Notes under the pieces: model-generated
Databases searched by the model: none
Told to the model about the DNA's origin: nothing
Seen by the model: the letters and a program-made list of their open reading frames with translations, nothing else
Origin: Ruminococcus albus 7 = DSM 20455
Lineage (GTDB): Bacteria; Bacillota; Clostridia; Oscillospirales; Ruminococcaceae
Length of the DNA stretch: 32,000 bases
Direction: 5' to 3'
NCBI RefSeq assembly: GCF_000179635.2
Contig: NC_014833.1
Location: forward strand, 3,390,001-3,422,000
Program-made: the position numbers and the translations under genes
Shown: piece after piece, positions 9,179-18,059 of the stretch
Numbering within the stretch: the stretch's first letter is position 1
How the letters are laid out: each line of letters starts with the position of its first letter

Positions 9179-10249
9179 ATGAAGCTTTCGGATAACAGGA
9201 TAATGCAGGAGGACGTTGAGCGTGCTTCTGCGGCTGAATTTATAGAATGGGACAAGCTGAAAGGCAAGACGATACTGGTAACAGGTGCGACAGGTCTTAT
9301 CGGCGGACAGGTGGTAATGACACTGCTGAATGCCAATGCAGAGAGAGGTCTCGGGCTGAAAGTCATCGCGGCGGTGCGCAATAAGGAGAAGGCTGAAAAG
9401 CTGTTTAAGTATGCTGATAAGGATGCACTGGAATTTCTGGTGCAAGACGTAACTGCGCCTTACAATTATGACGGCGGCATCGACTTCATCATACACGGTG
9501 CGAGCATAACAAGCTCAAAGGCATTTGTTGATACCCCTGTGGAGACTATATTCACGGCGCTTGACGGCACAAAAAATCTGCTGGAGCTGGCAAAGGCTAA
9601 GCAGGTCGAGGGCATGGTATATCTGTCATCGCTGGAGATATACGGCGTTGTAGACCTCAGCATGGAGAGCGTTGACGAAAAGACCTTCGGAAGCATTGAC
9701 CCCATGAGTGTAAGAAGCAGTTATTCCGAGGGCAAGAGGATAGTGGAGACACTGTGTTCATCTTATGCCCACGAATACGGCGTGCCTGTAAAGGTCGCAA
9801 GACTTTGCCAGAGCATGGGTGCAGGTGTGGGCTACAACGACGGCAGAGTATTCGCACAGTTTGCAAGAGCAATAATCGAGGGTACAGACATCGTGCTGAT
9901 GACAGACGGCTCCACCGAAAGAAATTACTGCTACATCAGCGATGCTGTAACAGGTATACTGACTGTTATGCTGAAAGGCGAAACTGCACAGGCTTACAAC
10001 ATCGCCAACAAGGATACCCTCATCAGCATACGCGGAATGGCGGAGATGCTTATAGAGAATTATCCCGACAGCGGCACGAAGCTTGTTTTCAACATAGTTG
10101 AGGACGTTACAAAACTGGGATACAATCCCAAGGTAAAGATGAATCTTGCTACAGACAAGGCTGAATCGCTTGGCTGGAGAGCGGAGATAGGTCTGAAGGA
10201 AATGTTTGACAGGCTCATCACCAGCATGAGATACGATAAGAACAAGTGA
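9179..10249 (+). CDS. NAD(P)-dependent epimerase/dehydratase (extended SDR)
   Basis: Rossmann motif VTGATGLIGG and catalytic YSEGKRIVE (YxxxK). RBS AGGGAGG upstream. Substrate unknown. Confidence 0.85.
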   Translation: MKLSDNRIMQEDVERASAAEFIEWDKLKGKTILVTGATGLIGGQVVMTLLNANAERGLGLKVIAAVRNKEKAEKLFKYADKDALEFLVQDVTAPYNYDGGIDFIIHGASITSSKAFVDTPVETIFTALDGTKNLLELAKAKQVEGMVYLSSLEIYGVVDLSMESVDEKTFGSIDPMSVRSSYSEGKRIVETLCSSYAHEYGVPVKVARLCQSMGAGVGYNDGRVFAQFARAIIEGTDIVLMTDGSTERNYCYISDAVTGILTVMLKGETAQAYNIANKDTLISIRGMAEMLIENYPDSGTKLVFNIVEDVTKLGYNPKVKMNLATDKAESLGWRAEIGLKEMFDRLITSMRYDKNK

Positions 10250-10331
10250 CCGCAGGGGTAGATTCATACTAAGGGTACACACATAACATACTAAACTATT
10301 TACAGCTATTTATCAGGATAGGGGAATAAAA

Positions 10332-11039
10332 TTGAAAAAGGACTTCGTAAGGGGGATGTCACACGGTGTACCCATAATGCTGGGATACCTGTCCGTGTCC
10401 TTCGGATTCGGTATACTGGCAGTAAGCAAGGGTCTCAGCGCTTTATGGGCAACCGTGATATCGCTTACCAACGTTACCAGCGCAGGTCAGGCAAAGGGTG
10501 TTGAAATGATAGCGGCAGGCAGTACACTGCTTGAAATGGCACTTGTGCAGATAACAATAAATATCAGGTATTCGCTTATGGCGCTCTCGCTTTCGCAGAA
10601 GCTGGACAAGAGGTTCACAACACCTCACAGACTGGCAGCAAGCTACAGCATAACGGACGAGATATTCGCAGTATGCTCGGCACAGGAAAAGCCGCTGACA
10701 CCTGCATATATGTACGGCATGATATTTGTGGCTGTTCTCGGCTGGGTCAGCGGTACGGCTATGGGTGCTGCTGCAGGTGAACTTCTGCCTGCGGCGGTAT
10801 CAAACGCTATGGGTATCGTACTGTACGGTATGTTCATCGCGATAGTTATACCGCCCTGCAAAAAGGAACGGGGCGTGCTGGCAGTATCACTGACGGCTGT
10901 AGTGCTAAGTCTGCTGTTCAGGTATTTATTCACATCTGTATCGGGCGGATTCGCTATGATCATATGTGCGGTAGCAGCATCACTTGCAGGGGCATGGTTC
11001 TTCCCTGTCAAAGAAACAGAGGAGGGCGGCAAGGAATGA
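10332..11039 (+). CDS. azlC: AzlC-family branched-chain amino acid exporter subunit
   Basis: 235 aa, TTG start, multi-TM. N-terminus GVPIMLGYLSVSFGFGILA is typical of AzlC. The small AzlD partner follows with an ATGA overlap. Confidence 0.8.
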   Translation: MKKDFVRGMSHGVPIMLGYLSVSFGFGILAVSKGLSALWATVISLTNVTSAGQAKGVEMIAAGSTLLEMALVQITINIRYSLMALSLSQKLDKRFTTPHRLAASYSITDEIFAVCSAQEKPLTPAYMYGMIFVAVLGWVSGTAMGAAAGELLPAAVSNAMGIVLYGMFIAIVIPPCKKERGVLAVSLTAVVLSLLFRYLFTSVSGGFAMIICAVAASLAGAWFFPVKETEEGGKE

Positions 11040-11365
11040 GTATAGCGATATACGTACTTGTAATGGCAGGTGTCACATACCTGATACGCATGGTGCCCTT
11101 CACCTTCTTCAGAAAAAAGATAACATCAAGATTCTGGCTGAGTTTTCTGCATTACATTCCTTATGCAGTACTCAGTGCTATGACTATACCTGCCATATTC
11201 TACAGTACAGGCAGTATGGTCACTGCCGCCGCGAGTACAGGCAGTATGGTCACTGCCGCCGCGGGAACGATAGTAGCGCTGGTCATGGCGTATTTTGAAC
11301 TTCCGCTTATAGCTGTGGCACTGGGCGCTTCGGCAGCCGCATTCATCACCGGACTGATACTATGA
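11036..11365 (+). CDS. azlD: AzlD-family small membrane subunit (carries an in-frame 10-aa tandem duplication)
   Basis: ATG at 11036 overlaps the azlC stop (ATGA). MSIAIYVLVMAGVTYLIRMVPFTFF is the typical AzlD N-terminus. The track ORF from 10964 is an upstream extension inside azlC. Confidence 0.8.
   Translation: MSIAIYVLVMAGVTYLIRMVPFTFFRKKITSRFWLSFLHYIPYAVLSAMTIPAIFYSTGSMVTAAASTGSMVTAAAGTIVALVMAYFELPLIAVALGASAAAFITGLIL
11204..11263 (+). repeat. Perfect 2 x 30-bp tandem duplication inside azlD
   Basis: AGTACAGGCAGTATGGTCACTGCCGCCGCG occurs at 11204-11233 and again at 11234-11263. It encodes STGSMVTAAA twice. Confidence 0.95.
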
Positions 11366-11380
11366 CATAAGGAGAAGACC

Positions 11381-14143
11381 TTGGAACAAAACTCAAAAAG
11401 GACTTATTTTGAAAAGCAGTATCTCAGGCTTTATAACAAGCTCTACTACTGTGCACTGGCTGTGATATGCAGCAAGAAAGAAGCAGAGGAGGCTGTACGC
11501 GAAGGCGTGCTCACCATGTACTCGCGGCTTGACGATAATTGCAGCAGCAGGGAGTTCGATGTAAGGATATTCGCGGCACTTACCGAAGCCGCTGAAAGAC
11601 TTCGTCAGACAGGAGGTTTCTCACGGAGCGAAAAGGTCAGGGGCGACGATGATACTCAACTGCTTGCTGAACTTGGTAAAATATCCCACAAGGAAAGACT
11701 GTGTACTGCCCTGAACGGTATCGCAGGGCTTTCAGCTGCGGATATCGCAGAGATCACTGATATAAGGGTATCTGAGGTTCGGACAAATATCTCGCTGGGT
11801 AAAGGCAGGCTGAAAAAAAGCGGCTTGAAAGCTATGCGGAGAGGTATGCTGATCAAAGGGCAGGAGGATATGTTCCCGCTGCCCGAGAAACTTCGTCCCG
11901 AAAATATAGGTGATATGCTCGATAATGGCAGCATGGTCATGACCTCAGCGGCTATAGAAGCAGGCTACAAGGAGGTCAGGGAAATACACAGGCGCAGAAC
12001 TATCCCGAGATCGGTGATAGCTGTGGCTGCTGTACTTGCTGTAGGCGGTACAGGTCTGTGGCTGCACAGCAGAAATACCGACGAAAAACCACGCACCGAA
12101 GACACGGCTGTTGTACAGGCGGAAAGCAAAGATACAGGCTTCAAGGGTCTGAGGCGGGGCTCCTACAAATCACTGCACACCTTTCTGTCAGCTGATACTA
12201 ACGATAGAGATTCTGCTGAAACGATACCCGACGGACGGTATTTTTTCAGCAAAGATCCTGACTCGACAGTTAGATCCATATCACTTGAGATGAGATCTTT
12301 TTATGAAAGCCTGTGCCTTTACGACGGCAGCAGCGATACAATACCGCTGACCGAAGACCGTCTTGAAAAAGATAAAAGAAGTGAAAGAAAGACTCTGAAT
12401 GCAGTAAACGAAGAAAACGGTATCGCATACATAGCAGATAGGGCAGAGTTTAACAGATGCAGGCTGGACAGCGGCAAAGCAGTGTATGATGAGAATGACC
12501 TTATGAGCGGCACTTATCTTGTTAAACAGCTTGCAAATGAGCATATCCGAAATGACAGGAAACCATTTCCTTTACTCCTCGGAGCGACGTTTGACGGAGA
12601 TCATATCATAGCAGCCTATGACTTTCATCTGCCTGAGGAGTTGAATGAAAAGGCGATATATCATGAGTACTGCGGTATATGCATTTTTGACAAGAATAGC
12701 GGAGAACTGCTTTACGAATACGAACAGCCGGGCATACTGGAAGATCTGATATTCGGAGAGAACGGCAGGCTTACGCTTATAAGCGAATACTCTGCAGGAA
12801 GAAATGCTGCCAGGGCGGAGATGTACAATTCGGGTGATCCTGCTTTTCTGCCAAAGACCTATGAGAACGGTGAAGGCTCCCTGATAGCTGAGGATGACAT
12901 ATACATAGCCGCCAAGAGTCAGAGCGCTGTACTTACTATAATGAGCAGTATAGATCCCTCTGATGATGTAGGCTGTACCGACATTATGGCGCTGACTGCT
13001 TATCCCAGCAGCATACTTGAATGTAAAGATGAAGTACTGCTCATATCGAATTCAGATGACAGAGCACAGATCATCAAAATAGATATCTCTGACGGACAGG
13101 AAATTACGGCGGTGAACTATGCCCCCGAGGAATGCATGATATCCCTATACGATAAGCCCGATTCCTTCAGCAAGGAAAACGGTATATACTACATATCCGA
13201 TCAGTATTCAGCCGTCGCATTCGATGAAGAACTGAACTATCTCGGAGGATACGAACGCACAGTATACAACGAACAAACTGAAAACGATGAAGATTTGTGG
13301 AATATTCCCAAGCTACGGAGCGCACTGGTCGGTTCGACTGTCTATTTCGCAGATATCAACGAAGGATCATATCTTCCCGAACATGATGTGAGGATAGTAG
13401 AATCTGCCGATCTGAGCGATATAGATTCACCAAAGGTGACAAAATATCTGGACGATCCCCTTTCCGCACCTGCAGCGGATTATTTTGAATCAAACGGAAT
13501 GGATTTCTTTCTGAACGATGAACAGCTTTTTCATTTAAAAGAATATTATCAGGATGATTCCACATATAAAATCACACCACAGCTCATCAGTCTTCGTCCC
13601 GAGGATACTGCCGAGGGATCATTGCGCTATTACAGTGTGGACTGGTCGGAAGAAGAAGAAAGATCCCTGTTCGAGATCATTGATGAGATACCGATAAATA
13701 AACCTGGAACGCTTTCCGAGTTTGACATCGGAAAGATGTTTATTCTTTGGGGTTCCGATTTCTGTCTTCACAACGGAAGATATATCTGCTTGCCGCTGGA
13801 AACGGAGTATGACTACGACAGCAAAGAGATAACCTTTGAAGAGTATGAAAAGCTTTATGACAGCGAAAATAGCGAAAATTTGGACCTTGACTACGATGAG
13901 GAAAATGGCCGCGAAAGATATCTGTACTACAACAGCGTCACCGCAAAGCAAAGCTATATCCTCCTGGATACCGACGGCGGAAAGCTGAATATGGTATGCA
14001 CCACACCGCCCTCCGAAAGAGTATTCACCGACCTGAGCTCACAAGATATTTATGAGACCAGCTCCATAGGCTTTGTTGTCAAAGACGGATATATCTATAT
14101 ATTCAATAAAGACAGATCCGCGGATGCCTACCCCATAGCATAA
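11381..14143 (+). CDS. ECF-sigma-like N-terminal domain, single TM helix and a ~690-aa extracytoplasmic domain (fusion protein, function unknown)
   Basis: TTG start after AAGGAG. A region-2-like segment spans aa ~10-50 (FEKQYLRLYNKLYYCALAVICSKKEAEEAVREGVLTMY). A region-4-like HTH spans aa ~105-146 (RLCTALNGIAGLSAADIAEITDIRVSEVRTNISLGKGRLKK). The TM helix is at aa ~209-228 (RSVIAVAAVLAVGGTGLWL). Confidence 0.75.
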   Translation: MEQNSKRTYFEKQYLRLYNKLYYCALAVICSKKEAEEAVREGVLTMYSRLDDNCSSREFDVRIFAALTEAAERLRQTGGFSRSEKVRGDDDTQLLAELGKISHKERLCTALNGIAGLSAADIAEITDIRVSEVRTNISLGKGRLKKSGLKAMRRGMLIKGQEDMFPLPEKLRPENIGDMLDNGSMVMTSAAIEAGYKEVREIHRRRTIPRSVIAVAAVLAVGGTGLWLHSRNTDEKPRTEDTAVVQAESKDTGFKGLRRGSYKSLHTFLSADTNDRDSAETIPDGRYFFSKDPDSTVRSISLEMRSFYESLCLYDGSSDTIPLTEDRLEKDKRSERKTLNAVNEENGIAYIADRAEFNRCRLDSGKAVYDENDLMSGTYLVKQLANEHIRNDRKPFPLLLGATFDGDHIIAAYDFHLPEELNEKAIYHEYCGICIFDKNSGELLYEYEQPGILEDLIFGENGRLTLISEYSAGRNAARAEMYNSGDPAFLPKTYENGEGSLIAEDDIYIAAKSQSAVLTIMSSIDPSDDVGCTDIMALTAYPSSILECKDEVLLISNSDDRAQIIKIDISDGQEITAVNYAPEECMISLYDKPDSFSKENGIYYISDQYSAVAFDEELNYLGGYERTVYNEQTENDEDLWNIPKLRSALVGSTVYFADINEGSYLPEHDVRIVESADLSDIDSPKVTKYLDDPLSAPAADYFESNGMDFFLNDEQLFHLKEYYQDDSTYKITPQLISLRPEDTAEGSLRYYSVDWSEEEERSLFEIIDEIPINKPGTLSEFDIGKMFILWGSDFCLHNGRYICLPLETEYDYDSKEITFEEYEKLYDSENSENLDLDYDEENGRERYLYYNSVTAKQSYILLDTDGGKLNMVCTTPPSERVFTDLSSQDIYETSSIGFVVKDGYIYIFNKDRSADAYPIA

Positions 14144-14145
14144 AG

Positions 14146-14262
14146 CACTCCCCGCCACAAGGCGGGTGCCCATATAGAACGTTTGTGATCATTATTTTCA
14201 GCTTTGCTGAAAATAATGATCATAAATATTCTGTATAAGCACCCACCTTGCAGCGGGGAATG
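14146..14262. repeat. Long imperfect inverted repeat (57-nt arms, 3-nt loop) between convergent genes; likely a bidirectional terminator or 3'-UTR structure
   Basis: Arm 14146-14202 matches the reverse complement of 14206-14262 at 47 of 57 positions. The 17 bp next to the loop are perfect. TTTTT follows at 14263-14267 on the plus strand. Confidence 0.85.
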
Positions 14263-14270
14263 TTTTTGTA

Positions 14271-15527
14271 TCAGAAGTTTAGTTTGGATATTTTATCCAT
14301 AGCCAGCTTAGCTTCCCTGTTGATATTAGCGCCTTTATAGTGGATACTGTAGACAGAATCCATATAGATATCTATGAGGCTGCTATTCTCCATAGTCGGG
14401 CACATAGTCTGCAGTCTTGCTTCGCTCATCATCTGGCGGTTAGCTTCATACTCAATGCCTTTCAGTAGACCTCTTGCCTCCAGTGCTTCTGATGCGGCGC
14501 TGCTTATGGGGGTACCCTTGGTCATTTCAAGGTTTGCCGCCATATCCGCACTGTTTATAAGATAATTCACCAATTTACCTGCGGCTTGCGGATATGCAGT
14601 ATCCTTTCTTATGGCATAAAGACCTGTGGGCTTTTCGTACCAGCCGTAGCTGAGATAGCTGTCGGCAGTAATATACGGACCTATTGCGATCTCCATTTTC
14701 ATATTTTTAGCAGCGTCCTCAAAATACCCGGGATCGGATGTCCATGAAACCGTGCCTGCCGTTCTCAGCATAGAAAAATCACGTCTGTCATACTCGCTGC
14801 CCAGCTTTGAAACTTTCTCATCAATTATCCTGGTGCTGAATTCCAGCATAACAGCAAGATCCTCCTGAGTAAGCAGCGGTTTTCCGTCTGTACCGAAAGG
14901 CTTATGACCTGTTGTCTGTTCCATATATGCACAGGCGGTGAGCCAGTAGAATTTTTCATTCATAGAAATGGGATAAACATTGTCAGTACGCATAACAGAG
15001 GCTGCCGCGAAAAGGTCATCCCATGTCTGAGGCACTTCCAGACCATAGCTGTCAAGCAGGGTCTTATTGTATAAGAAAGTTACTGCATTGAACCCATATG
15101 GTACAGCCTCCAGCTTTCCGTCCACCATGCCGCAGTTAAGCGATGCTTCGGGATAAGTTGAAAGGTCGATATCCTCAAGTTCGGAAAGATCATAGAACTC
15201 ATCACCGTTTCCGGTATACTCATACAGCCAGTCATAGTTCAGCTGCATAACATCTGCCTGAGTACCCGAATACATCTGAACATCCATCTGGGATTTATAG
15301 CCTGTGAATTCGGAGTACTTGGGATGTACATTTATACCGTTCTGCTCAGTAAAAATATGCAGACCGTTGAGGGTCTTCTCGTTCCTTTCATCAGTTCCCC
15401 ACCATGAGAAAGTGATCTCCACAGGTTCATCATTATCTTTAAGCGTTTTTTCATGGCAGCCGCAAAGCACCAGCATTACAGCGGCAGTCATTACCGCTGC
15501 CGATCGTTTTAAAATATGCTTAATCAT
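14271..15527 (-). CDS. Extracellular solute-binding lipoprotein (ABC family-1 type, probably sugar-binding), with no adjacent permease genes
   Basis: 418 aa. Signal peptide plus lipobox (AAVMLVLCGC). ITFSWWGTDERNEK is typical of carbohydrate SBPs. The ATG overlaps the stop of the upstream sensor (ATGA at 15524-15527). Confidence 0.85.
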   Translation of the reverse strand: MIKHILKRSAAVMTAAVMLVLCGCHEKTLKDNDEPVEITFSWWGTDERNEKTLNGLHIFTEQNGINVHPKYSEFTGYKSQMDVQMYSGTQADVMQLNYDWLYEYTGNGDEFYDLSELEDIDLSTYPEASLNCGMVDGKLEAVPYGFNAVTFLYNKTLLDSYGLEVPQTWDDLFAAASVMRTDNVYPISMNEKFYWLTACAYMEQTTGHKPFGTDGKPLLTQEDLAVMLEFSTRIIDEKVSKLGSEYDRRDFSMLRTAGTVSWTSDPGYFEDAAKNMKMEIAIGPYITADSYLSYGWYEKPTGLYAIRKDTAYPQAAGKLVNYLINSADMAANLEMTKGTPISSAASEALEARGLLKGIEYEANRQMMSEARLQTMCPTMENSSLIDIYMDSVYSIHYKGANINREAKLAMDKISKLNF

Positions 15528-16996
15528 TTGTGTGCGCTCTTTTCCTTTTTATATATGGCATAGCTCTTCTCATCATCGTTTATCGCTTCCTGAAGTGCTT
15601 TTTCAGCCATTGAATAAAGCTCGTCATAGTCGGTACTGTTATTTGGATATACCGCTGCGCCTACACATATATGTATATCATCCGGAGTTGCCAGGTATAC
15701 CGAATTCAGCGCCTCGCTCAGTTCAACAAGACCTTTCTTCAGTTCATCATTAGCCTTGAAGAGATCATACTGGGTATAGTCTGCCATTATAAGGAATTCG
15801 CCCTCACCTGTACGTCCCAGTATATTTTTAGAATCTGCGGAATCAGTACCGAGATATTCCGCAAGACCGCGGTATGTTTTTATGATAGTACCGTTATACC
15901 CCGATGTACGGTACTTACGGCGCACCTCATCGAGATTGGTTATACGCGCTATAGCTATCATCATAGTTGCACCTGTCACACAGGTCTCCAGCTTATCAGC
16001 TATGATATTCTCAGCTTCCTCGGCATTGATTATACCGGTGAGCATATCGACCTCCGGCGCAATAGAAGCAACGGCACCCAAAGACGGATCGTTCCTGAAA
16101 TTGATGAAAAACAGTGTCAGTGTCATTATGAGTACCAGCATGAGAGCCACAGCTGTTTCCAGTTCAAGCTTTTTATAGAACTCATTCACCTCTGACATAT
16201 CCTTGACTATCACCAGATGCCAGCCGTTACTAAGTGTCTTTTCTGCCTGGATAGCGGTATCCTTTATCACTACACAGCTGTCGCTGCTGGTGGTCTCTAT
16301 TTCAAGTTCCTTTTTGGTATTGCATATAGTCATTACATCTCTGCCGCTGTCGGACATGAGCACCAGCTTTGAATCCTTTATCCGCTGAGCATCTTTTACA
16401 AGGTATCTGAGCTCCTCGGTATAGAATCCGCCAAGGAATACCACGTTATCGTTAGCTTGGCTGATATAGAATACCTTAGCAGGATCATCCTTTATACCCG
16501 TTACCCACACTCTGCGCTTGTCCCCAAGCTGATCTTTCAGCAGCGGGTACACCTTGCTCTCCTTATCACAAAGGAGCTCCTTTGTACCGTCAGACAGTCT
16601 GCCTGCAGCAGCATCGTTGCGGTATATCAGCGTAAAATCGCAGTAGTTGTCAATAAAACTGAGAGCTGTAACATTCTTTTTAAGGTCTGCCAGCCTGAGT
16701 GAATTATCATATTCCGAGCCTGTGGAGAAATTAGCCGCATCAAAGCTCATAAGTCCCTCATCGGCAAGAACTATAACACTGGCATCCTCCAGCTTTTTAA
16801 AATGCATATCCAGAACCGATGCCGACTGTTCTGCGGAATTTCTCAGCAGTTCTGCTTCATATTCAAGCTGCTTGTCATAGTGCACATAGCTCATATAGCC
16901 CAGGCACAGCGCACATACCGCCGCCATTATCAGGATCATTATTATGATCACAGACCGAGTCGAGTGCTTCAGCTTTTCCTTACTTTCTTTTTCCAA
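15524..16996 (-). CDS. Membrane sensor with an extracytoplasmic domain flanked by 2 TM helices and a degenerate GGDEF domain
   Basis: 490 aa, TTG start after AGAGG. TM1 is VIIIMILIMAAVCALCLGYM; about 250 aa lie outside; TM2 is AVALMLVLIMTLTLFFINF. The GGDEF-fold tail is DMLTGIINA...GRTGEGEFLIMA...AEKALQEA. The signature reads GEGEF rather than GG[DE]EF, and the DxD metal site reads ARITNL. Confidence 0.8.
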   Translation of the reverse strand: MEKESKEKLKHSTRSVIIIMILIMAAVCALCLGYMSYVHYDKQLEYEAELLRNSAEQSASVLDMHFKKLEDASVIVLADEGLMSFDAANFSTGSEYDNSLRLADLKKNVTALSFIDNYCDFTLIYRNDAAAGRLSDGTKELLCDKESKVYPLLKDQLGDKRRVWVTGIKDDPAKVFYISQANDNVVFLGGFYTEELRYLVKDAQRIKDSKLVLMSDSGRDVMTICNTKKELEIETTSSDSCVVIKDTAIQAEKTLSNGWHLVIVKDMSEVNEFYKKLELETAVALMLVLIMTLTLFFINFRNDPSLGAVASIAPEVDMLTGIINAEEAENIIADKLETCVTGATMMIAIARITNLDEVRRKYRTSGYNGTIIKTYRGLAEYLGTDSADSKNILGRTGEGEFLIMADYTQYDLFKANDELKKGLVELSEALNSVYLATPDDIHICVGAAVYPNNSTDYDELYSMAEKALQEAINDDEKSYAIYKKEKSAHK

Positions 16997-17152
16997 GATA
17001 TATACCTCTAAACATTATAAATAATGATACTTGACTGACCAAGTCAAACCTATACAGATTAATTATATCAATACCGCCGCCCGAATTCAATTATCAATTT
17101 GTAAATTATCGCACAAAATAACAGATTTTCATGAAAACCGACAATTGCCGAC

Positions 17153-17184
17153 AAAAAAATACCCGGACATATCTGCCCGGGTAT
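17153..17184 (-). terminator. Rho-independent terminator of the rubrerythrin gene
   Basis: On the minus strand, ATACCCGG, a 10-nt loop and CCGGGTAT are followed by a U-run (the plus-strand A-run at 17153-17158). Confidence 0.8.
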
Positions 17185-17208
17185 ATAGCAAGCATATACT
17201 TTTATATA

Positions 17209-17757
17209 TTATTTGAAGTATCTGTCATACAGACCCTTGAAGCCGCAGCCGTGTCTTGCTTCGTCCTTAGCCATCTCATGAACTGTATCGTGTACAGCAT
17301 CATAACCCAGCTCCTTAGCCTTTCTTGCCAGCTTCATCTTGCCTTCGCAGGCACCGTTCTCAGCCATATATCTCATTTCCAGATTCTTCTTGGTGGAAGG
17401 TGTAACTACCTCGCCCAGCAGCTCTGCAAACTTAGCAGCGTGCTCAGCCTCCTCCCATGCAGCCTTTTCATAGTAAAGACCTACCTCGGGATAACCTTCT
17501 CTGTATGCAACTCTTGCCATAGCAAGATACATACCTACCTCAGAACATTCACCGTTGAAATTCTCTTTAAGACCTGCTACGATCTCAGGATCAAGACCCT
17601 GAGCTATACCAACTCTGTGCTCATCAGCCCATGTAAGCTCTGCAGCCTCCTTCAGTTCATCGAACTTGGAAGCGGGGGCATTACACTGGGGACATTTTTC
17701 GGGAGCAGCCTCGCCCTCATAGATATAACCACATATAGTACATACAAACTTTTTCAT
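17209..17757 (-). CDS. rbr: Reverse rubrerythrin (N-terminal rubredoxin-like domain plus C-terminal ferritin-like di-iron domain)
   Basis: I prefer the start at 17757 ([11 protein letters not shown]...), which is 8 nt after AGGAGG; the track starts at 17808. The two CxxC pairs are CTIC...CPQC. Di-iron helices are [21 protein letters not shown] and EMAKDEARH. Confidence 0.9.
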   Translation of the reverse strand: MKKFVCTICGYIYEGEAAPEKCPQCNAPASKFDELKEAAELTWADEHRVGIAQGLDPEIVAGLKENFNGECSEVGMYLAMARVAYREGYPEVGLYYEKAAWEEAEHAAKFAELLGEVVTPSTKKNLEMRYMAENGACEGKMKLARKAKELGYDAVHDTVHEMAKDEARHGCGFKGLYDRYFK

Positions 17758-17821
17758 ACGGATGATCCTCCTTATTTTTATATCAGTCCAATTGTTAACG
17801 TCAGACAATAGTCTTTATTAA

Positions 17822-17850
17822 ATTATCTCACATTAAGTGCAATTTGTCAA
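17822..17850 (-). promoter_or_regulatory. Candidate sigma-A promoter for rbr (TTGACA-17-GATAAT)
   Basis: On the minus strand, TTGACA is at 17850-17845 and GATAAT at 17827-17822, with a 17-nt spacer. Confidence 0.55.
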
Positions 17851-17976
17851 GACTAACTCCCTGAAAATTCCAGAGATTTGTCGGGGTTAATTTATACCAT
17901 TTTTGTATACTTTGCTGATATAAGATCAGACCGTGTTCAATCAGTATCTATCCCCTTTTTTCGTGTTCACAGAATA

Positions 17977-18005
17977 TTGACAATCCAATATCTTAGTGAT
18001 ATAAT
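17977..18005 (+). promoter_or_regulatory. Consensus sigma-A promoter for ilvA (TTGACA-17-TATAAT)
   Basis: TTGACA at 17977-17982, an exact 17-nt spacer, and TATAAT at 18000-18005, about 55 nt before the ATG. Confidence 0.7.
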
Positions 18006-18059
18006 ATAAGTTAAAGGTTTTTCGGAAACTTAGTAATTTTTGAAAAGAGGTCAATCACC

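Noticed and set aside
17792-17808. A Rex-like half-site, TTGTTAA-cgt-cagACAA, in the rbr 5' region
   Set aside because: Only one half-site matches the TTGTTAA-N4-TTAACAA type consensus, and the spacing is off by one. No convincing PerR or Fur-type box was seen either.
17131-17811. A 226-aa plus-strand ORF overlapping the rubrerythrin gene
   Set aside because: It is antisense to a gene with clear rubredoxin and di-iron motifs, and it spans that gene's terminator. It is a shadow ORF.
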